IMG/VR virus record: IMGVR_UViG_3300028864_000014
Coordinates: 1-64,000 of that record
DNA length: 64,000 nucleotides
Strand: one strand, 5' to 3'
Of this stretch, positions 16,543 to 26,085 are shown in pieces. Position numbers and translations under genes: made by a program. The number at the start of each line of letters is the position of its first letter. Positions within the stretch are counted from its first letter, which is position 1. The notes beneath the pieces are model-generated. The model saw only the letters and a list, made by a program, of their open reading frames with translations, made no database searches and had not been told where the DNA came from.

Positions 16543-19500
16543 TTAATGAAATCCCATTGATTTAATATCACCTTTTTTCATTATTGTAATATTATTTACA
16601 ATTATACCCATTCCTTTTATAAGTTCTACATAAGTATCAATAACTCCCATTTGCAGATCAATAACATAATCAGTATTATTACTTTCATCACAAACATTCC
16701 AGAAATCATATAATGCATTATTATCCAACATATCTTTACAAATTTTATCTGCTCTATATTTAATTTCTGCTCTGATTTCAGCGGTATTAAATTGCCATTG
16801 ATAACCTAATAACATATCATACATTCTATTTTCAAGTTCAATAAGAACTTCTCTTGAATGTAAGAAGCTAAGAGATGAGAATGGAAACACTTGTGCAGTT
16901 ACTTCATCATTAATACAATATCCATTATTTAATTTATATACAATAGGATTTGCATTCATGCCATGTAAATATTCAAGATCTGTATTATTAAAGTCCATTT
17001 CAGTTTTAGTAATAGTTTGAACTCTACCATTTGTAATACCAGCGCATATTGTCCAAGGAGTCATACCTGCTACATTAGATGTAAATTTCTGCATATAAGT
17101 TGTAGCTGCATAAGCTGCAGGTGGAACCCATTTTGGTATTCCATTATCATATATTCTTATATATGGAAAGAAATATCCAACACAACTTCTACCATCTACA
17201 CCTTGATGAGTTTGAGCAAATTGGTAATAATAATCTGGATTCTTACTATCATCAGCTCCTGCTTTAACAAAATCTAAATTAAGGGTATAATCAGCATTAA
17301 CAAATGATGGATTATTTGATTCTCTAAATATTTTAGCACTTGGCATACTTATAAATCCTAAGCAATTAAGTTTCAAACCACAAAGATCAACAAGTTGTTG
17401 TTTTGAGCCATATCCTGACATTGGAGTAAGTCCTAAACCAAATGAATCTATTAAATATCTCCATGAGATTTTATTTTTATCAGCTAATGCTTTTCCAAGA
17501 TTCGTGTCCATTCCAACGATATCAAGAATTGAATTTTGTCTAACATCAGTACCATTAGGTATAGAATCTGCATGTACTTTAAATGGAGATAAAACCAAAG
17601 CTTTATATTCATCAACATAAACATCAATTTCTGAATAACTGAATGTCTGTAATGATGGAGTCTGTCCACTCAAATTGAAATATCCAATTTTTATAGGAGA
17701 ATCAGTATACATTATTTTTCTATCAACATTTGTCGGATCATTTTTAACATTTATAATTCTAGTTAATTTTCTAGGAACTGATCCTTCTAAATAACCTTCT
17801 CCATTAGGTGCAGCCCAATATGATTCATCATAATATGCAGTTAAGAAATTACCTATTGTTATTTCTGAATATCTATTTTTATCAATTGCAATTTGTCTAC
17901 AATCTGTAAGGTCATCACCATACCATTGTAATATTTCAACAGATTGTTTCCAATTAGATCTATTTGAAAATACAATTAATTTACTATTATATTCATTCAC
18001 ATCTATCCAGTTAGCATTTGGAATAGAAGTTGGAGTTGAAGGATTAATTGATGATAAGAAATTAACAGTTAATATATCATTTTGATCTATAAACATTTCT
18101 AAATATATTTTATTTGTCAATCCACTATTATTATTAACATAAAAATAATCATAATTATTAATAACACCATTATAATAATCCAAATAAAATTGAGAATATT
18201 TTGCTACTATACCAGTAGTATTTGAATCACCAAGAACATCATATCTTGTTGTTAATGTTGTACTGTCATGTAGCAAAAATTCATTGTCTGTATAATACAT
18301 TAAGAAAGAATTATTATAATGACATAAGCTAGGATTATTACTATTAATATATATTTTAATATTTGCATTTTGTGTTGACGTAGCTTCTGTTGCAGTTACC
18401 GCAGATATTGGATCTTTAGATTCCGATACAAAAGAACCGTTATTTTGCTGAATCAAAACACTCTTAGTAGTAATATTATCATACATTTCATAAAATGCTT
18501 GAGATTCTCTAAGAGAATTATAATCATTATAAACACCAATTTTTCCTGATGTTCCTTTAAATTCAATATTCATATAATTTTGATTATCAAAACCATTACT
18601 TATTAATGTTTCATATCCTGAATTTGTACCAAATGAAACATATCCATTAGTATCTACAGATATTGGATTGTATGTTAATGTTAAACTTGATCCAGAATTA
18701 ACAATTTGTACATATCCTAGAATTATTGTATTATCTAAGCTAAATAAATAATCAGGTAGAACTGCACCAGTCACGTTAGGTGATGCAATACCTTCTAATA
18801 CATCTACTACATTATTAGTAAGATAAATAACATCTACTCTTGATCCGTATTCATATGGAACACTTGATGATGATACAGTTGAAAATGTAACACCAGTAAT
18901 AATTTCTCCACCTATGACATAATATGAATTAGGAGAAACAGTAAAACTAGTATCTAATGTAGTTCCTATTGTAGTATCGCATTTAATTCCAAATGTCATT
19001 CCATTTGTATATACTCCAGTTCTAACATTTGCTCCATTCGTCATGAAATCTATATTATAACTATCTAAATTGTTAGTTATAACGTTATTTGGAGAATCTA
19101 AATATTTTTGAGCATATATGATTTGCTCATTAAGAGTTGTACTATATGACATAAAATTTACGCTATTAACATCTTCTCCAACAATTGTACCACCTATAAT
19201 ATCAAGGCTACTTACTCTGAAATCAGTTCCAAGTAAAACATCTTCATTATATGTACAGAACAATCCAGTTTTATCTGTATTATTATTTATAATATTTTTA
19301 ATGTACATATCTCTATTATTCAAATCTTTAAAATATGGAATCAATGAGCAATCATAACTTGCAAGAATTGATACAGTACTTTCATTTAGGAATGCTGATA
19401 TTTGAGTTTTAATTAAACCATTTCTATCAAAATATTTACTAAATGTATTATCATTAGATAATGTTTTATAATCAGACCAATCACCTGCAACTACTACAAC

Positions 19501-20145
19501 GGATACCAAGTAATCTGAAATCCAATCCCTGTAATCAAGGTATGCAGGAACTTTTGTTCTATCACCATACCAAGCTTCTGCAGTAACATCAAATCCAGTA
19601 ACAGATGACTTAAACATAAATACACTAATTTCAGTATCTCCCATATTTGTTATATGAAAAAGTCTATCAGTATCTTGTACTCCAAAGTTATTTGCTTTTA
19701 CTACATTCAAAAATGAATCAGTATCTCTTTCCCAGAAATCTTGTCTATTATAAAATGATTCATAAGCAGATCTTATAACATCACTATTTTGAGAGTTGCT
19801 ACTGGCAGAAACTCCTATAGATTGCCAGTCTACTTTATCTCTATTTGGATCTGTGGCTAACAGATTCAATGCCCAAACTGGACCACTTTTTAACATTTGT
19901 TTAACAGTTTTATGAAAAAAAGAACCTTTATTTTCTAATCTTCTATCATCATCTCCAAATATTGTACTGAAATCAGTTGGATTTGTTACATAGATTGGAG
20001 TATTGAATGGACCTTTTTTTGAAAATCCAGGAACTAAATTAATTAAAACATTTTGCACTGGAAGTTGAACAATACTTTGATCTATTTCCTGAAAGAAAAT
20101 ACCTGGTCTTTTGTATTTTCCGAAATCTGCGTCTTTTATTGGCAT
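16543..20145 (-). CDS. gp18: Contractile tail sheath protein, T4 gp18-like, 1200 aa
   Basis: N-term RPGIFFQEIDQS...GFSKKGPFNTP; C-term WVPPAA, GITNGRV, LSFLHSREVLIEL. Confidence 0.92.
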   Translation of the reverse strand: MPIKDADFGKYKRPGIFFQEIDQSIVQLPVQNVLINLVPGFSKKGPFNTPIYVTNPTDFSTIFGDDDRRLENKGSFFHKTVKQMLKSGPVWALNLLATDPNRDKVDWQSIGVSASSNSQNSDVIRSAYESFYNRQDFWERDTDSFLNVVKANNFGVQDTDRLFHITNMGDTEISVFMFKSSVTGFDVTAEAWYGDRTKVPAYLDYRDWISDYLVSVVVVAGDWSDYKTLSNDNTFSKYFDRNGLIKTQISAFLNESTVSILASYDCSLIPYFKDLNNRDMYIKNIINNNTDKTGLFCTYNEDVLLGTDFRVSSLDIIGGTIVGEDVNSVNFMSYSTTLNEQIIYAQKYLDSPNNVITNNLDSYNIDFMTNGANVRTGVYTNGMTFGIKCDTTIGTTLDTSFTVSPNSYYVIGGEIITGVTFSTVSSSSVPYEYGSRVDVIYLTNNVVDVLEGIASPNVTGAVLPDYLFSLDNTIILGYVQIVNSGSSLTLTYNPISVDTNGYVSFGTNSGYETLISNGFDNQNYMNIEFKGTSGKIGVYNDYNSLRESQAFYEMYDNITTKSVLIQQNNGSFVSESKDPISAVTATEATSTQNANIKIYINSNNPSLCHYNNSFLMYYTDNEFLLHDSTTLTTRYDVLGDSNTTGIVAKYSQFYLDYYNGVINNYDYFYVNNNSGLTNKIYLEMFIDQNDILTVNFLSSINPSTPTSIPNANWIDVNEYNSKLIVFSNRSNWKQSVEILQWYGDDLTDCRQIAIDKNRYSEITIGNFLTAYYDESYWAAPNGEGYLEGSVPRKLTRIINVKNDPTNVDRKIMYTDSPIKIGYFNLSGQTPSLQTFSYSEIDVYVDEYKALVLSPFKVHADSIPNGTDVRQNSILDIVGMDTNLGKALADKNKISWRYLIDSFGLGLTPMSGYGSKQQLVDLCGLKLNCLGFISMPSAKIFRESNNPSFVNADYTLNLDFVKAGADDSKNPDYYYQFAQTHQGVDGRSCVGYFFPYIRIYDNGIPKWVPPAAYAATTYMQKFTSNVAGMTPWTICAGITNGRVQTITKTEMDFNNTDLEYLHGMNANPIVYKLNNGYCINDEVTAQVFPFSSLSFLHSREVLIELENRMYDMLLGYQWQFNTAEIRAEIKYRADKICKDMLDNNALYDFWNVCDESNNTDYVIDLQMGVIDTYVELIKGMGIIVNNITIMKKGDIKSMGFH

Positions 20146-20535
20146 AATTTAAAATTATTTTTATGTATATATTAAATATTTATTGTAAAAAAATACTAAT
20201 TGTTAATATTTCACTTATTCACTTACAATATATATTAAATAGATTTTTTGAAAAATGTCAGAAAAAGATGCAAAATAAAAGATGATATAATTTGTTTTAT
20301 TCAATTTTTTTATTACCTTTATATAAGTGAAAAACAAAAAGAAATTACATTGAAAATAATAAAATTCAATAAGTAATTTTTAGATATAAATAACAGAAAT
20401 AAAATAACAGAATCTTAGATATAAATGATATGATGTTAAGTGAGTTGAATATAGAAATGCTGACTTCAAAAAGTGATGATATTTAAAAAAATTATAGTAT
20501 AAGATATGAGATAATTAACCAAAATAATATTAACT

Positions 20536-20567
20536 AAAAAAGAAAAAGAAAAAGAAAAAGAAAAAAA
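20536..20567 (+). repeat. (AAAAAG)n intergenic microsatellite
   Basis: aaaaagaaaaagaaaaagaaaaagaaaaaaa. Confidence 0.8.
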
Positions 20568-20847
20568 TGAATTATAATATTTAAATTTAGATTATTATTA
20601 AAAATAATCAGTTAAAGATAGAATATATCATTCTAATGTTGAACAAATTAAAATTATCAGCACATAATTTATAATGTGTCATAAAATGAATTAATTTCTC
20701 AACTCAATCATAACTATGTAACATAGTATGACTTATATTAGTCTGTATGATAGAATCATATATTACAAAAAAAATAAATAGTTAAATAAATGTATTTTCT
20801 AAAACAAATGAATACATTTTGAATACAATAAATCAAACATAAACTTT

Positions 20848-21474
20848 ATGATATCAACTAAAAATAATGAACTTGAAAAACAGTTCGAAGTGCGTACAGG
20901 TATAAATTTTCAAGAATTTTATAAAAATCACAAACCTAAATTAATATGGTATATCGCAAAATACACTAAAGACTCTGGAATTGCAGAGGATCATGTAGAA
21001 GATGCGTTTATTCAAGCATTATTGAATATTGAAACTTATAAAAGACCTGATGAAGGTGGAGCACAACTAAACACTTGGATTTATAAAATCGCAGAAAATA
21101 TAGTTAAAAAAGTTCACAAAGACAGTGAAAGATTACCAACTGATTCAATTGATAAAGATTTAGCAATAAATTTTAGCTTATCTAACATTATAGCATATGA
21201 TGATAGTAAAAAACCAACTGAAGAATATAATGTTTTTGTAAAAAAAGCAACAATCATAAAAGATGCAATATATAATCTACCTGAAAAAGATTCAAAATAT
21301 AAGAAAGTTCTTATAATGAGAGAGATTGAAGGTATGCAATATAAAGAAATTTCAGATGAATTAAACATAAATCTATCTACTATAAAATCTCAAATCAAAA
21401 AAGGAAGAACAATAATCAGGAAAAAAGTAGAAAAAAAATTCAAAGATATAGATTATAATGAAGGTGAGAAATGA
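20848..21474 (+). CDS. ECF-type sigma-70 factor
   Basis: Region 2 AEDHVEDAFIQAL...LNTWIYKIAENI; region 4 LPEK...EGMQYKEISDELNINLSTIKSQIKKGR. Confidence 0.9.
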   Translation: MISTKNNELEKQFEVRTGINFQEFYKNHKPKLIWYIAKYTKDSGIAEDHVEDAFIQALLNIETYKRPDEGGAQLNTWIYKIAENIVKKVHKDSERLPTDSIDKDLAINFSLSNIIAYDDSKKPTEEYNVFVKKATIIKDAIYNLPEKDSKYKKVLIMREIEGMQYKEISDELNINLSTIKSQIKKGRTIIRKKVEKKFKDIDYNEGEK

Positions 21475-21718
21475 TATAATGTCTTATGAGTCATCAAAAT
21501 GGTATATAAAATTATGGAGAAATAGATGGTATTTATATGCCATCTTTCTTCATTTTAAAAATTTTATTGACGTACAACTATGGATTGATTATTTAATACA
21601 GGATCACAACATATCTGATGATACTAAAAATCTAACAACTAGATGGAGAGAAATAAAGCATCACATTGAAATCAGCAAGATGTACAAATTTTCAACAAAA
21701 ATAGAAAGGGAAGACTAA
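21458..21718 (+). CDS. hypothetical protein
   Basis: Overlaps the sigma gene end; Trp-rich. Confidence 0.6.
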   Translation: MKVRNDIMSYESSKWYIKLWRNRWYLYAIFLHFKNFIDVQLWIDYLIQDHNISDDTKNLTTRWREIKHHIEISKMYKFSTKIERED

Positions 21719-21803
21719 TCTAATAATCAGCAATTTAAGTTATTTTTAAAATATTAATTTAAAATCTTGTTATATTTATAATAAATTATTCAAAAAATAA
21801 TAT

Positions 21804-21811
21804 TATCTTTG
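21804..21811 (+). promoter_or_regulatory. Bacteroidota -7 element
   Basis: TATCTTTG about 40 nt upstream of the rhomboid ATG. Confidence 0.5.
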
Positions 21812-21850
21812 TAACTCAATTTAAAAATAAATTTTAATAAAAAAAAAATT

Positions 21851-22582
21851 ATGACTGATCCAAATGGTAACAATTTTTCACCAAAGATGAAATCTATTAG
21901 AGAACTTCTTGATACTCCTGAATTTAGAGATTATAAATTCAAGATTAAAAAAACTCAAAAGAGAAAAGAAACAGCCTACAAATTTACATCAATTGGTTAT
22001 TCTACAGATGCAGTAAAGTATCTAATAATTATAAATACTGTTATATTTATAGTTACTTCTTTTTTTATGCCTTCATTAATTGACATTGGTGCAATTTATA
22101 ATATTTCAGATCAAAATTTTCAACCATATCAAATCATAACATCCATGTTTCTTCATGGTAGTTTTATTCATTTAATTGGAAACATGCTTGCATTATGGTT
22201 TGCAGGTAATTTTATAGATAAATCAATTAGCAGCAAAAAATTCTTATTGTTATATTTCATAAGTGGTATTGCATCTAGTCTATTATGTATGCTAATTAGT
22301 CCATCACCTGCTGTTGGAGCATCTGGCGCAATTGCTGGTGTAATGGCTGCACTTTTATTTTTAGCACCAGAATCTGAAGTTCTTTTATTCTTTGTTATTC
22401 CAATGAAAATAAAGAATTTTATATATGGATTTGCAGCATTTTCTTTAATATTTGGCATATTATCAATAATTAATTCAAATTTAGGATTTGGAATAGCACA
22501 TTTTGGACATTTAGGAGGATTGATTGGTGGATATTTAACAATGCTATATTGGAAAAATAAACGACAAATTCGTACTTATTAA
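21851..22582 (+). CDS. Rhomboid-family intramembrane serine protease
   Basis: MFLHGSFIHLIGNM, GASGA (catalytic Ser), AHFGHLGG (catalytic His). Confidence 0.92.
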   Translation: MTDPNGNNFSPKMKSIRELLDTPEFRDYKFKIKKTQKRKETAYKFTSIGYSTDAVKYLIIINTVIFIVTSFFMPSLIDIGAIYNISDQNFQPYQIITSMFLHGSFIHLIGNMLALWFAGNFIDKSISSKKFLLLYFISGIASSLLCMLISPSPAVGASGAIAGVMAALLFLAPESEVLLFFVIPMKIKNFIYGFAAFSLIFGILSIINSNLGFGIAHFGHLGGLIGGYLTMLYWKNKRQIRTY

Positions 22583-22583
22583 T

Positions 22584-22856
22584 ATGAAAACAAAATCAGG
22601 ATACGAAACCAATGGAGATTATATAAAATTCAAAAGTGGATTTACATCATTTTGGAAGGTCGAAACAGAAAATGATATCAAGCATTTTAAAACAGAATTT
22701 GATGCAGATATCCACATAATCACAAAAATTGTAGGTTGTGAAAAAGGATATACTAATTGTAAGTATTATAAGGAGCAATTAAACGGTTGTCAAAATTGTA
22801 AAATAGGATATAATAAAAATTGTTCAAATTTACAAACACACACTGAAAAAATATAA
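22584..22856 (+). CDS. hypothetical protein, Cys-rich C-terminus
   Basis: CEKGYTNC...CQNC...C. Confidence 0.6.
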   Translation: MKTKSGYETNGDYIKFKSGFTSFWKVETENDIKHFKTEFDADIHIITKIVGCEKGYTNCKYYKEQLNGCQNCKIGYNKNCSNLQTHTEKI

Positions 22857-22858
22857 AT

Positions 22859-23152
22859 ATGAAAAAATTATTTATTATATTAATATTATTAATTCCTTTG
22901 TTTTCATATTCTAATGTATCATCAGAGGAAAAAGAACTTGATCCAAAGCAAGTTGTCAAAGACATAACAGAACAAAAAAAACTAATAGTTGAAACTCTTA
23001 ATGAAGGAGGAAAAGGAGTTTCAATCATAACAGATGAAGTTCGTGTGTATGGATTAAAAAAAACAATAAAAGCAAATTCTGCTATTTTTGTACCTCTATT
23101 CATTTTTATAGTTTTTTTCTTGCTTTTTTTAAAAAATAGAGGTAAAGAATAG
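22859..23152 (+). CDS. small envelope protein with signal peptide and C-terminal TM helix
   Basis: MKKLFIILILLIPLFSYS; IFVPLFIFIVFFLLFL-KNRGKE. Confidence 0.7.
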   Translation: MKKLFIILILLIPLFSYSNVSSEEKELDPKQVVKDITEQKKLIVETLNEGGKGVSIITDEVRVYGLKKTIKANSAIFVPLFIFIVFFLLFLKNRGKE

Positions 23153-23209
23153 GTTATTAGAAAAAAATGTATTACTTTTGTATATCAAATAAATAAATAA
23201 TTAAAAAAT

Positions 23210-24838
23210 ATGACAGATTTTTATAAATTCGTAATTCCTGATCAAATGCACGAAAAGCTTACTGAAGCAGTCGTAGCTATGATGGCAACTGGTAATTTAC
23301 CATACTATGGTGAGTTTGCTTTGTTCATCAATTTCTTTGAAAGTAAAAATAATCCTTATATTCCTACAGCAGGTGTGAATGTCACATCATCTGGTATGAA
23401 TTTTTATTGGGATAGAAAATTCATTGATTCATTACCTCAGCCAGAAATAAACTTTCTTTTGATACACGAAGAATTTCACATTCTTTTTGATCATATCAAA
23501 AGAAGTGTAGGTTACAATTTAAAAGATGCTAATGTTGTACAGGATATGATCATCAATCAGATAATCTATGATGAAATAATGAAAAAACAAGGACTTGGAA
23601 CAGGTTCTAAACCTTTCATTGGAATACCAAGAGATGAATTAGGAAATAATAGTGCTCTTATGGTACCAAAAGAGTACAAAGGAGAACAAATATTTGAAGA
23701 TTTGTATGAATGGTATGTTACAAAAAAAAGAGAGTGGCAAGAAAAGAATAAAGAAAATATTCAGAAAATGCAAAGCCAAGCCAACAAGTGTCCAAAATGT
23801 GGATCACCTATGACACCAAATGATAATGGAGAGCCAAAAGATGGAGATGGAAATCAAGATGGAAAGGGCAAAAAATCAGAAAAAAAAGAAAAAGGTCAAG
23901 GTGAAGGACAAGGTGATGGTGATCAAGGTGAAGGACAGGGTGAAGGACAAGGTGAAGGACAAGGCGAAGGTCAAGGTGAAGGTCAAGGTGATGGTACTCA
24001 AGGAGATGGCAAAAAATGTCCAAATTGTGGACATGAGCACAACAACAATCAATCTCGTCAAGGAAAAACGGATACATCTGGTAAAGATAGATATGGTAAA
24101 TATGGCAAGAATGATGCAGAATGCTACTCTCTTGAAACAATCTTTGAAGGAGAAGAACGTCAAGAACAAAATACTCTTGATGCGCACTTAGGAGATGATA
24201 TTCCTCAAGAATTAAAAAGAGAAATCGTTGAAGGTATCATGACAAGACTTAAAAATCGTGGTTTGGAATCAGGAGATGTTGACGCCATTCTTAATAAACT
24301 TAGAAAATCTAAAAAAGATTATTTAAAAGAGATTAAGAGAGCAATGAGTAGCCAAGTTTTTGGTGCAAGAAAAGAAAAGACAATTGTACGTCCTAATCGT
24401 AAAGGAATACCAGGAATGAAGGGGCACAAGAAATTCAAGAACGAAATTAATGTTCTTCTTGATACAAGTGGCTCAATGTCAGGAGAATTTGAAAAAGTTC
24501 TATCTTACATCTTTCAGAACGATATACAAATTAATTTAATTCAGTGTGATGCTCAAATTCAAAAGGTTCTTCACATTAAAGATAAAAAAGAAATTGAAAA
24601 AATGAAGATATCTGGGCTCGGTGGCACAACTTTAAATCCAGGAATTGACTATATTGCTGATCCTCACAACAAACTAAGTACATTTAACACTGTAATTTTG
24701 ACTGACGGTTATACTGATAGTTTGGATTTCAAAAAAGTAAAAACACGAACTTTAATATTATCAACTGCAGAAAAATGTCCTATATCATATGATAATGGTA
24801 AAGTAAAACAGATTGTAAATATTGGAAAACAAGATTAA
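23210..24838 (+). CDS. Metallopeptidase-like plus VWA domain protein (DUF2201-type), MoxR partner
   Basis: LIHEEFHI, LDTSGSM MIDAS, GGT, ILTDGY. Confidence 0.88.
   Translation: MTDFYKFVIPDQMHEKLTEAVVAMMATGNLPYYGEFALFINFFESKNNPYIPTAGVNVTSSGMNFYWDRKFIDSLPQPEINFLLIHEEFHILFDHIKRSVGYNLKDANVVQDMIINQIIYDEIMKKQGLGTGSKPFIGIPRDELGNNSALMVPKEYKGEQIFEDLYEWYVTKKREWQEKNKENIQKMQSQANKCPKCGSPMTPNDNGEPKDGDGNQDGKGKKSEKKEKGQGEGQGDGDQGEGQGEGQGEGQGEGQGEGQGDGTQGDGKKCPNCGHEHNNNQSRQGKTDTSGKDRYGKYGKNDAECYSLETIFEGEERQEQNTLDAHLGDDIPQELKREIVEGIMTRLKNRGLESGDVDAILNKLRKSKKDYLKEIKRAMSSQVFGARKEKTIVRPNRKGIPGMKGHKKFKNEINVLLDTSGSMSGEFEKVLSYIFQNDIQINLIQCDAQIQKVLHIKDKKEIEKMKISGLGGTTLNPGIDYIADPHNKLSTFNTVILTDGYTDSLDFKKVKTRTLILSTAEKCPISYDNGKVKQIVNIGKQD
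23895..23996 (+). repeat. 12-nt coding repeat (GQGE)n
   Basis: ggtgaaggacaa units. Confidence 0.9.
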
Positions 24839-25641
24839 ATATTAAATTGAGTTTCTATTTTAATATTTTTAGTAGAATTTATATAATTTTTAGTTATACA
24901 TAAATTAGAAATATCACCTATTATATCAGGTGATATTTCTTTTTTAAATCCGTACCAAATAGATATTTTATGATCAATAGAAGGATAATTAACGTTGTGT
25001 CCATCAAGTGAAAAATTATTTTTTATATATTCATTATCATAATAATCTAAACCATTCCATTTCAATAATAACAATTTCTTATTTTTTTTAGTTATTCTAT
25101 TAACTTTCCTTTTATATAGCACAAAATCAGATATCATATAATCAGGTAATTGAATACCTAATTTTATTCTTGTATTTTTCATCTTATCAATAACTTCATC
25201 ATTTTTACTTGCTCTATCAAAACCATATTTTATTAAATTTGTTTCTTTAATTTTATTTTTAAATTTTTCTACTTGAAAAGTACAGCCATATCCATATTTT
25301 TCAATATTATTTTTATATCTTTTTTCTCTCATTTCAATAGACTGAAATGTATGTTCCACTCCATATTTTTCTTTATTAGTTTTTATATTCTTATTCATTG
25401 AACATTTTTTACAACAATAATAATTGTGATGGGTTAAAGATTTTGTGTATGATCTCATTTTTATTTTATTTTCAAATCCGCAATCATCACATTTTGCTAT
25501 AATTTCATAATTACTATTATCAGATAATTGTGTAGTCAAAACTTCAATTTGATAACCTACTTTAACATCATAACCACAATTTTTAAAATGATTAAAATTC
25601 TTAGAATTTATAATAATTAATATTTTTTCTTCAATTATCAT
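24835..25641 (-). CDS. Putative HNH-type homing endonuclease
   Basis: CDDC/CCKKC zinc sites, TNxEKYG repeats, SIDHKIS...NLCITKNYINS. Confidence 0.75.
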   Translation of the reverse strand: MIIEEKILIIINSKNFNHFKNCGYDVKVGYQIEVLTTQLSDNSNYEIIAKCDDCGFENKIKMRSYTKSLTHHNYYCCKKCSMNKNIKTNKEKYGVEHTFQSIEMREKRYKNNIEKYGYGCTFQVEKFKNKIKETNLIKYGFDRASKNDEVIDKMKNTRIKLGIQLPDYMISDFVLYKRKVNRITKKNKKLLLLKWNGLDYYDNEYIKNNFSLDGHNVNYPSIDHKISIWYGFKKEISPDIIGDISNLCITKNYINSTKNIKIETQFNI

Positions 25642-25780
25642 TTTTAGATTTTATTTTTTCAAATTCTTTTTTAATTATTTTTTCAACCCAATCATTTAAT
25701 TTGAGTGAATTTTCTTTTGCATAAGTTTTTAACTCAGTGTGCAAATTTTCGTCTATTTTCATATTTTTCAATTTCTTCAT
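25631..25780 (-). CDS. Ribbon-helix-helix DNA-binding protein, 49 aa (not in the ORF track)
   Basis: Hand translation MKKLKNMKIDENLHTELKTYAKENSLKLNDWVEKIIKKEFEKIKSKNDN; overlaps the HNH start. Confidence 0.7.
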   Translation of the reverse strand: MKKLKNMKIDENLHTELKTYAKENSLKLNDWVEKIIKKEFEKIKSKNDN

Positions 25781-25851
25781 AATCTATATATAAATATAAC
25801 AGTATCAAAAAAGATAAAAGTTTATCTTTTTTGAAAATAATTTAAATTTCT

Positions 25852-25882
25852 TTTGGTATATCAATTATTTTTATTACTTTTG
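25852..25882 (+). promoter_or_regulatory. Bacteroidota housekeeping-type promoter
   Basis: TTTG-N19-TACTTTTG. Confidence 0.7.
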
Positions 25883-25899
25883 TAATACAAAAAACAAAC

Positions 25900-26079
25900 A
25901 TGATTTATATAATAGCATATTTGATATTAGCATTATTATGGGCTATTTATTGTTCATTTAGAACCAGTAAAATGGGAAGATTAGGTAGAAATTTTATAAA
26001 TTTATTTATTACTTTTATTACAAATTTTTTAATTTTTCCTTATTCAGTTTATTACTCAATAAAAAACAAAAAAATATAA
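25900..26079 (+). CDS. small membrane protein, 59 aa (not in the ORF track)
   Basis: MIYIIAYLILALLWAIYCSF...; directly after the promoter. Confidence 0.6.
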   Translation: MIYIIAYLILALLWAIYCSFRTSKMGRLGRNFINLFITFITNFLIFPYSVYYSIKNKKI

Positions 26080-26085
26080 AATAGT

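Noticed and set aside
23808-24191. Alternative-frame ORFs with LDLHL, KVKD and LSFT repeats
   Set aside because: Frame and strand shadows of the GQGE repeat
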